Part shown: positions 1 through 7,114 of the stretch, piece after piece | How the letters are laid out: the number at the start of each line of letters is the position of its first letter | Position numbering within the stretch: position 1 is the stretch's first letter | From: Myxococcota bacterium | GTDB lineage: Bacteria; Myxococcota_A; UBA796; UBA2385 | Direction of reading: 5' to 3' | Length of the DNA: 64,000 nucleotides | Assembly: GCA_044344255.1 (NCBI GenBank) | Contig: JBIJDH010000006.1 | Coordinates: forward strand, 1 to 64,000 | Made by a program: the position numbers and the translations under genes | Notes under the pieces: generated by a model | Told to the model about the DNA's origin: nothing | Seen by the model: only the letters and a program-made list of their open reading frames with translations | Databases searched by the model: none

Positions 1-40
1 GGTCTGGCAGGTTGTCGAAGTGCTCCAGCAGCGTCGCCAT
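1..40 (-). CDS. ISAs1-family transposase, N-terminus only (partial)
   Basis: ATG at 40 with GGAGG at 50-46; translates MATLLEHFDNLPD, matching the LxxHFxxLxDPR start of ISAs1/H-repeat transposases. Confidence 0.75.
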   Translation of the reverse strand, partial: MATLLEHFDNLPD

Positions 41-126
41 GGCGACCTCCGAGGCCGCGGCAGATGCCCGGCGGTAAGAGATCAACACATGCTAACCTCT
101 TGCCCCGTCAAGATGCGATTGCCCTG
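1..126 (-). mobile_element. Left end of an ISAs1-family insertion sequence (continues beyond the window start)
   Basis: Minus strand begins CAGGGCAATCGCATC (126-112), typical of ISAs1 terminal inverted repeats; it is followed by a GGAGG RBS and an ISAs1-like transposase start. Homology of the flanking gene stops at this boundary. Confidence 0.8.
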
Positions 127-1232
127 AGGGGGAGGCCCACCTGGACCGTACGGAGGAGCGCCTCGTCGAGATGCAGAATGGCTGTATCTGCTGCACTCTC
201 CGCGAGGATCTGCTGATCGAGGTCGGTCGGCTCGCGCGGGCGGGCCGCTTCGATTACCTGCTCATCGAGTCGACAGGGATCTCCGAGCCCCTGCCGGTCG
301 CGGAGACCTTCAGCTTTGTGGACGAAGGTGGCGCCTCCCTCGGAGACGTGGCTCGCCTCGACACGATGGTCACGGTGGTGGACGCGCTCAATTTCCTCGC
401 CGACTGGATGAGCGCCGACGAGCTCCGCGACCGTGGGCAGGCGCTCGGCGCGGAAGACGACCGCAACGTCGTGCGGCTCCTCGTCGAGCAGGTCGAGTTC
501 GCCGACGTCCTCGTGGTCAACAAGGCCGACCTCGCCTCGGCGGAGGACCTCGCCGCGCTCCGCTCGCTGCTCACTCGCCTCAACCCCCGCGCCCAGCAAG
601 TGGAGTGTGTGCGCGGCCGGGTGCCGCTGGCCGAGGTCCTCGACACGGGGCGCTTCGATTTGGAGGCGGCCCGCGCGGCGCCAGGGTGGATGGCGGTCGC
701 CCGCGGCGAGGAGGTGTCCGAGGCCGACACCTATGGGATGAGCTCATTCGTTTTCCGGGCGCGGCGCCCCTTTCACCCGAGCCGCTTCGCGGAGTTCATG
801 CGGACGAAGAAGGAGGGGGTGTATCGCTCCAAGGGCTTCTTCTGGCTGGCGAGCCGGCCGGAGTGGATGGGGCTCTGGGCGCAAGCGGGGCGCATCACGG
901 AGGTGGGCCCGGCCGGCCTGTGGTGGGCCGCGATCCCGCGCGCCGAGTGGCCGAGCGACGCGGAGTCTCGCCGCGAGATCAAGCGGGAGTGGCAGAAGCC
1001 GTGGGGGGACCGCGTGCAGGAGCTGGTCTTCATCGGGCAGGGGATGGACCGAGCGGGGATCGATGCGGGGCTGGGGGCGGCCCTGTTGACCGACGACGAG
1101 GTGGCGTTGGGCATGCGCCGCTGGCGCCGCCTCCCCGACCCCTTCGAGCCCTGGGCGATGAGCGAGCCCGAAGAGGCGGAGGCCCCCGCCCCCGTCGGAG
1201 CGGACGGGGAGGGGCCTAGCGCGCAGGCGTGA
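127..1232 (+). pseudogene. COG0523 (CobW/YciC/ZigA) metallochaperone GTPase, 5'-truncated by the IS
   Basis: GEAHLDRTEERLVEMQNGCICC (CxCC), ESTG, NKAD and CobW_C motifs (RSKGFFWLA, QELVFIG) are present; Walker A is absent; in-frame TAA at 93-95 lies inside the IS. Confidence 0.85.
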
Positions 1233-1366
1233 CAGACATCGCGTTGGAGCTCGACCTCACGCTCAGCACGGTGAGCACCCACCTCGGCCGGGTGCGGGCC
1301 AAGCTCGGGGTGCCGACCGTGGCCGGGGTCGTCTCTTACGCGCACCAGGTCGGGCTCATCGGCTGA
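1229..1366 (+). CDS. 45-aa LuxR/NarL-type helix-turn-helix (mini-protein or remnant); not in the ORF track
   Basis: GTG overlaps the upstream TGA; VTDIALELDLTLSTVSTHLGRVRAKLGVPTVAGVVSYAHQVGLIG fits the LuxR C-terminal pattern. Confidence 0.65.
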   Translation: MTDIALELDLTLSTVSTHLGRVRAKLGVPTVAGVVSYAHQVGLIG

Positions 1367-1405
1367 GCGGCGGTCGGGGATTCGATAGACCTTCCGAGCG
1401 CGGCC

Positions 1406-2176
1406 TTATGCGACATCGGCGGCGAGGTTCAATCGCCACCCGTGGGCGTGGAGCCCCCGCTCCAGGTCGCGCAGGGTGGCCAATTGAGCCGGCGTGAGCG
1501 GGTGGGGGCACACGACCACGACGCGCGCTTGGCCCCAGGATCGGCGCCGGAGCTCTTGAAGGGTGGCGGCGCCGTCCCAGGCCGCCCAGGGGCCGAGCTG
1601 CGCGGGGGTGATCAGCACCCAGAGCGCCTGCGCCTGTCCGCCGAGCGACGCCGCCAGGGCGCCCGCGATCCCCTCGGGTGGGCTCGCGCCGCGGCAGTCG
1701 ATGGTCACGCGGCCGCCGACACCCCCATGGACCGGCGGGGCGCCGAGGACGCCGAGGGAGAGCCGCGGCCCGAGCTCCCCCTCTCGGAGGGCTCGCCAGC
1801 CCCAGCAGCCCACTGCTGGCTGACGGGCGGTGGCCTGTCGGTGCCGCTCCTCGAGCGCCGAGAGGCTCGGACGGACCGCGCGGCGGCCCGCCCGCTTCTC
1901 CGATCGCCGCGCCGCGATTTGGACGACACGCTGCTGGAGCAGGGCCTCTCGCTCGGCCATGAGCGCGCGCGTGGCGGCCTGCAGCGCGGCGACCTCGACC
2001 CGGGCCTGGCGACGGACGCCGTGGGGCGCGCCGATCCGCTCGAAGACCTCCGAGAATCGCTCCCCGGACAGGCGACTGTAGGCCTCGACGCAGCGGTGGA
2101 ACGCGATCCATGCCTGACCGGAGCTCCGCGAAGGGCACGCGAGGATCTGCTCGGCGGCGGAGGAGAAGCGCGACAC
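1406..2176 (-). CDS. Hypothetical protein
   Basis: 256-aa ORF with high GC3 and protein-like composition; no recognised motif. Confidence 0.6.
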   Translation of the reverse strand: MSRFSSAAEQILACPSRSSGQAWIAFHRCVEAYSRLSGERFSEVFERIGAPHGVRRQARVEVAALQAATRALMAEREALLQQRVVQIAARRSEKRAGRRAVRPSLSALEERHRQATARQPAVGCWGWRALREGELGPRLSLGVLGAPPVHGGVGGRVTIDCRGASPPEGIAGALAASLGGQAQALWVLITPAQLGPWAAWDGAATLQELRRRSWGQARVVVVCPHPLTPAQLATLRDLERGLHAHGWRLNLAADVA

Positions 2177-2241
2177 GCCCTATCGTCGCAGCCGGCGCGG
2201 GCGGCGTCAACCCGCAGTCCAGCCGCGCCGCCCCGTGGGGC

Positions 2242-2465
2242 TCAATCGAGCCCGACCTTCCCGTCGGCCCAATACGCCTTCGGCCTGACCGCCACGGCGC
2301 CGCCGAGCGCGCCGCGGACCCCCCTGATCAGCGCCGCGCTGCCCGCGAGCCCGGGCCGCGACCGTGCAGCCAGGCGAGCAGGCACATCCGCCCCTCGTCG
2401 ATCGGCTGCTCCCGGAGCGGGAGACCGCCGAGCAGGGACAGAATTCGACCTTCGGAGGAGGCCAT
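2242..2465 (-). pseudogene. Siderophore-interacting protein (SIP) gene relic with large internal deletions and a frameshift
   Basis: GGGAGG RBS + ATG 2465; MASSEGRILSLLGGLPLRE / LLAWLHGRGPGSR, then a shifted frame LAGSAALIRGVR...KAYWADGKVGLD*; these resemble the N-terminus, LHGxGPGS motif and KxYWxxGKxGLD end of SIPs. Confidence 0.6.
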
Positions 2466-2644
2466 GCCCTCCCGGTAACCTCGCTCGAAGCGCCGAACCC
2501 GTCGCGGCTGCGGTTCTTGAAGCTCCGGCGTCGCCGGCTTACCGGAGGGCGAACGTGTGCGCCTGCGGCCGCGAAGGCCCGCTCGACGTCGAGCACCTTC
2601 AACCGCTCGTCTTCATCCCTCCCGGTTCTCCTCGGGGTCCGCCC

Positions 2645-3016
2645 ATGCAGCCTCTCCTCGGTCTCCGCTCGGCCTTCTACGCCGCCCCCAACCTCGAGGC
2701 GGCGAAGCGCTGGTACACACACGCCCTCGGCGTCGAGCCCTACTTTGACCAGCCCTTCTATGTCGGCTTCGAGATCGGCGGCTATGAGCTCGGCCTCACC
2801 CCGGACGGCGTGCCCAACTCCGGTGGGGTGGCCTGGGGGGTGAAGGAGATCGGCGCCGCCTACGCCTGGCTCCTCAGCCTGGGCGCCACCGAGGTCGAAG
2901 CGCCGCACGCGGTGGGCGGCGACATCCAGGTGGCCCAGGTCCGAGATCCCTTCGGCAACGTCCTGGGGCTCATTGAGAACCCGCACTTCGCCGTCCGGGA
3001 GCCCCGCGCGGGCTGA
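2645..3016 (+). CDS. VOC (glyoxalase/bleomycin resistance) family protein
   Basis: AAKRWY...PYFDQPFYVGF.IGGYELGL...VRDPFGNVLGLIENPHF; start trimmed to ATG 2645. Confidence 0.88.
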   Translation: MQPLLGLRSAFYAAPNLEAAKRWYTHALGVEPYFDQPFYVGFEIGGYELGLTPDGVPNSGGVAWGVKEIGAAYAWLLSLGATEVEAPHAVGGDIQVAQVRDPFGNVLGLIENPHFAVREPRAG

Positions 3017-3060
3017 CCGTCGAGCCGGCGGCGGGGCCGAGCCTCCCGGCGGCCGACCGA

Positions 3061-3666
3061 TCACACCGCCAGCGGCGCAAGCCCATAGGCCGCCTCGAGG
3101 GCCTGCCGTGCGGCGGGGAGGAGCCGGGGCCGCATCTGGGACAGCTCCTCAATTCGGTGAAAGTGGTAGATCGGGCTCATGCGGGGCCGCTGCTCCAGCC
3201 AGTTGGCGACGGTCAGGTTGAAGAGGTCGGCGAGCTCGGCGGTGGAGAGGGGGAGCTCTGGCCCGCCGAAGCGGTCGCGGAGGCTGAAGGCTTCGCGGCC
3301 GTCGAGGTTCTCATAGAGGCTGCCCTTCGACATCGCTCCAAACCGCCAGGCGATGGCCTCGGCCTCCGCTCCGATGAGGGCCGCCACCTCGCTCCGCAGC
3401 CCGGGCGGCAGGATGGCACCCGTGTAGCTCTCGGTGCCATAGACCGAGTGAAAGAGCCCCGCCCGACAGAGGGCCTCGCGGGCGCCCCATTCGATGAGCA
3501 GCCGCGCGGTGCCGCGCAGGTGCGCGAGCAGCCCCTCCCCGGAGTGTCCGGCGGCGTCGGCCCCGTGGGCCAGGAGGAAGGATAAGTGTTCCGGCCGCGC
3601 GGGGTCGGGGGGCGCCGTGTCGGGGAGCACAGGGTCGGGCAGCGCAGGGTTCCAGGGATGGGTCAT
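3061..3666 (-). CDS. DUF6817 (HD-like) domain protein
   Basis: HSGEGLLAHLRGT..LL..WG....LCRAGLFHSVYGT motif; start trimmed to ATG 3666. Confidence 0.75.
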   Translation of the reverse strand: MTHPWNPALPDPVLPDTAPPDPARPEHLSFLLAHGADAAGHSGEGLLAHLRGTARLLIEWGAREALCRAGLFHSVYGTESYTGAILPPGLRSEVAALIGAEAEAIAWRFGAMSKGSLYENLDGREAFSLRDRFGGPELPLSTAELADLFNLTVANWLEQRPRMSPIYHFHRIEELSQMRPRLLPAARQALEAAYGLAPLAV

Positions 3667-3928
3667 GGGACGTCCTATCGCGCCCGGAGCGGCGGAGTGG
3701 AGCCAGGGTCCGCTGGTCCATGGCGTCCTGGCCGTCGCCCGCAGCCGCCCGGGGCTCGCGCTGCAGCTCCGACACGGCCGCGTGCGTCGCGATGGCGCTC
3801 TCGGCCTGGTCACCCTCGGCCCGGGGTGTCCCGATGACCGCGCGGAGCGTCTGCGTCGCGGCGCCGTAGGCCCCGGCCCTGCGGGTCGAGGCGCTCGCCC
3901 GTTCGACCTGCCCGGATAGGTGCGCGAC

Positions 3929-4750
3929 ATGACCACCCCACGCACGATCGACCTTCGCACCCGCGGCGCCCAGCATGGTTTCATTCGCCGGATGGTCAGC
4001 CCCGGCGACCTCGGTGAGCGGCTCAAGCCCTTCATCTTCCTCGACTACGTCGGCGGAGAGGTCGCACCCGGCACTGGCTTCGGCTTCCATCCGCACTCTG
4101 GCATCGCCACGCTGACCTACCAGGTGAACGCCGACATTGCCTATGAAGACACCACGGGGCAGCGCGGCGTGGTGAAGGCGACGGGCCTCGAGTGGATGCG
4201 CGCGGGCGGCGGCACCTGGCACCAGGGGAGCATTCACCCCCAGGCCGCCACGGTGATGGGCTTCCAGCTCTGGCTGTCGTTGCCACCCTCGCTCGAGGAT
4301 GGGCCGCCCGAGGGCATCTACGTCGCGCCGGAGCAGGTGCCGCAGGTGGGCAACGTCCGTGTGCTGCTCGGGTCCTACGGCGGGCTGACCAACCCGATCC
4401 CCGCGCCCTCGCCGGCCGTGTACCTCGACGTCGTCCTGGACGCGGGGGAGACCTGGACCTTCCAGCCGCCGGCCGGGCATACGGTCGGCTGGGCCATGGT
4501 GTACGCCGGTCGCGCCCAGATCTGTGGGGAGCTGATCGGGAGTGAGCTCGTGGTGCTGGACGAGTCGGACGGTAAGTTCACCGTGGAAGCCGTACAGTCG
4601 TGCCGCGTGCTCGTCGGGTGCGCGGTTAAGCACCCCCACCCGCTGGTGCTGGGGCGGTACTCGGTGCACACCAGCGCGGCGTCGCTCGATAAGGGCGAGG
4701 CCAACATCCGGGCGATCGGACAGCAGCTTCGGCAAAGCGGGCGTCTGTAG
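3929..4750 (+). CDS. Pirin family protein
   Basis: PFIFLD, HPHSG, WMRAGGGTWH, GFQLW cupin motifs. Confidence 0.9.
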   Translation: MTTPRTIDLRTRGAQHGFIRRMVSPGDLGERLKPFIFLDYVGGEVAPGTGFGFHPHSGIATLTYQVNADIAYEDTTGQRGVVKATGLEWMRAGGGTWHQGSIHPQAATVMGFQLWLSLPPSLEDGPPEGIYVAPEQVPQVGNVRVLLGSYGGLTNPIPAPSPAVYLDVVLDAGETWTFQPPAGHTVGWAMVYAGRAQICGELIGSELVVLDESDGKFTVEAVQSCRVLVGCAVKHPHPLVLGRYSVHTSAASLDKGEANIRAIGQQLRQSGRL

Positions 4751-4777
4751 CCGCGGGGGATTCTGTAGCCGCAGGGA

Positions 4778-6163
4778 TCAAGCCGGCAGGAGGCGGATCC
4801 GGAGCCCCGCAGGGTGGAGGGACAGCCGCAGATCGGGCCGTGCCGGGGTGACCAGCTCGACCTTGAAGCGGTCGAGGATCGCGCCGAGCACCACCGGCAT
4901 CTCCATCAGGGCGAAGCGCATGCCCAGGCAGCTGTGCGGCCCGAGCAGGAAGGGGAACCAGGTGCCCGGCGCCGGGGGCTGGGCGAAGCGGTCGGGGTCG
5001 AAGCGGTCGGGATCGGGCCACAGGAGCGGATCGCGGTGGAGGACCCAGGCCGACACGTCGACGAGCGTGCCGGCGGGGAGCTGGCGGTCGCCCACGGTCA
5101 CGGCCTCGGTCGTGACGGAGATGCTGATGGGTACTGGGGGATAGAGGCGCATCGCCTCGTTCAACACCTGCGTGGTGTAGGGAGCTCGCCCGAGATCGGC
5201 CAGGCGCTCGAACTTGCCCGCCGCGCGCAGCTCTTCCCGGACTCTGTCCTGGACCTCTGGATGTTCTGCGAGCAACGCCAGGGTCCAGGTGAGCGCCGTC
5301 GCGCTGGTCTCGTGGCCGGCGATGAGGAAGGTCCGCACCTCGTCGAGCGCGACGGGCTCGGGCAGCGTCCGGAGCGCCCGAGTGAAGGGGTTGTCGCGTC
5401 CGGTGCTCAAGACATGCTGTCCGAGGGTGTCCATCCAGGCGCGGGCCGCCTGCTCTTCGCGCTCTCCCCGCCGGCCCCACGCGGGGAGGAGGTGCCGCTT
5501 CACCGAGCCGGTCGAGAGCACGATGAGGGCGCGGCGGAGCGCGCGACCACCGTGGCGTTCGCGGTCGAATTCCGTCCCGAACAGCGCGACGCCGAGGATG
5601 CGCAGCATCGTCCAGCCGAGGTCGTGCGAGGGGTGAAAGGGCTCGCCCTCCCGCGCGGACCAGGCGTCGCAGAGCGCGGCCGCCTCGGCGTGGATGGCCG
5701 GCAGCATCTCCTCGAGGTCATCCCGGCGAAAGGGCGGGGAGAAGAGCGCGCGGCGCTCGCGCCACACCTCCCCTTCCAAGCGCAGGAGCCCCTCGCCGAA
5801 GAGGTGTTCGGTCGGCGCGATCTCTCGAACGAAACGCTCGCGATCGACGAGCACCTGCCGCACCGTGTCGGCGCGCCCGACCACCACGTGGGGGCGGGTG
5901 CCGAGCCAGACTAAGACGTCGTCCCCCGCGCGGCGGGTCCAGCGACGGTAACTCTCGAGGAGGCCGCCTCGTAAGACAGGGACGAGCGAGCCGAGGAGCC
6001 AAGCGCGCGGCGGCGGCCCCGCGAACGGCGGCCCCCCGAACCGCCGGGCGACCGACACCACACGCGCATGGAACAGCGCGACCGGCAGCGCCAGCGCAAT
6101 GACGACCCCTGTGAGGGACACACCCAGCATGAGCCCTCCAGGGCGGAGGCGAGCATAGCTCAC
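4778..6163 (-). CDS. Cytochrome P450
   Basis: AGHETS I-helix, EAMR (ExxR), FDPDRF, heme motif FLLGPHSCLG. Confidence 0.95.
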   Translation of the reverse strand: MSYARLRPGGLMLGVSLTGVVIALALPVALFHARVVSVARRFGGPPFAGPPPRAWLLGSLVPVLRGGLLESYRRWTRRAGDDVLVWLGTRPHVVVGRADTVRQVLVDRERFVREIAPTEHLFGEGLLRLEGEVWRERRALFSPPFRRDDLEEMLPAIHAEAAALCDAWSAREGEPFHPSHDLGWTMLRILGVALFGTEFDRERHGGRALRRALIVLSTGSVKRHLLPAWGRRGEREEQAARAWMDTLGQHVLSTGRDNPFTRALRTLPEPVALDEVRTFLIAGHETSATALTWTLALLAEHPEVQDRVREELRAAGKFERLADLGRAPYTTQVLNEAMRLYPPVPISISVTTEAVTVGDRQLPAGTLVDVSAWVLHRDPLLWPDPDRFDPDRFAQPPAPGTWFPFLLGPHSCLGMRFALMEMPVVLGAILDRFKVELVTPARPDLRLSLHPAGLRIRLLPA

Positions 6164-6343
6164 CGGCTGGCCCGCGGGTCTGGGCGGAGGAGCTGGACAT
6201 CTTACGCCGCCTCGGCTGAGCGGGCGCCGCTCGCTCCTGGGGGGCCGCGAGGAGGCGGAGGGGCGGTCGCTCCACCGCGGCCGCGGCGCCTCGGGTCGGG
6301 TAGGCTGGGATGCCCGGTCGTCTCAAAAAAATAGGGGAAGTGA

Positions 6344-6973
6344 ATGAGCTCCTGGTCCAAGGGCCCCTCGCCTGACCGTGAACCCTCGCCGCCGAGCCCG
6401 AGCGCGGCCGACACCCCGCTCTCGCTGCAGATCGAGGGCCCTCGGGCGCGCGTCCTCCGAGGCGGGCAGCCCCTCTCCCGCGGCGCCTTCCTCCGGGCCC
6501 TCGCCGAGGAGCCCGAGGCCCGTGCGCTGCTGACCCAGCACCTCCGACAGCTCCCGCATCCGGCCGTCTTCTGGGAGTGCCCGGTGCAGGGTGGCGCCGC
6601 GGCGCCCCTCCCGATGGAGTGGGTCACCCTGAAGGCCCCCGAGCTGCGGTCGAATCACGCGCCCTTCGCCGCCCAGCTCAAGGAACAGTCCGGTCCGATC
6701 CTCACCTTCTCCAACCTGAGCGGGGACGCCACGCTCGTGGTCCCTCGCCCCGCCCCGGGTTGGGACGCTCCGCACCTGCTGGCCTTCCTGCGGAGCGCCC
6801 CCGACCGCCTCTGCGACACGCTCTGGGCGGCGGTCGGGCGGGCCGGCCTGGCGCAGCGGGGGCCATTTTTTCTATCGACCGCAGGGATGGGCGTGGCCTG
6901 GCTCCACGTTCGCCTCGACGCGCGGCCCAAATATTATCGACATGCTCCCTACAAGAGGGGTGATCCGGGCTGA
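6344..6973 (+). CDS. Conserved hypothetical protein (DUF6940-like)
   Basis: FWECP, FSNLSGDATLVVP, STAGMGVAWLHVRLDARPKYY motifs. Confidence 0.7.
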   Translation: MSSWSKGPSPDREPSPPSPSAADTPLSLQIEGPRARVLRGGQPLSRGAFLRALAEEPEARALLTQHLRQLPHPAVFWECPVQGGAAAPLPMEWVTLKAPELRSNHAPFAAQLKEQSGPILTFSNLSGDATLVVPRPAPGWDAPHLLAFLRSAPDRLCDTLWAAVGRAGLAQRGPFFLSTAGMGVAWLHVRLDARPKYYRHAPYKRGDPG

Positions 6974-7114
6974 GGCTTGACTCGCTCGGAATATCGGCGC
7001 CTGTCTTTGAGCGGGTCGCACAACGGGTGAGCCGAGGGCCGGGCCTCGAAGAAGTTCGAGGTCGGGGAGGGGGTGGGGCGGCCGGGGATACCGCGCTCGT
7101 CGAGGTACGCCCCC

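Noticed and set aside
1442..2644. N-terminal extensions given by the ORF track (also 3667-4035, 9075-9761, 21771-22370, 33517-33948)
   Set aside because: They overlap other genes or lack motifs; downstream starts fit the family N-termini or have an RBS.
6181..6219. Possible gene-end relic WAEELDILRRLG*
   Set aside because: Too short, no start or recognisable family.
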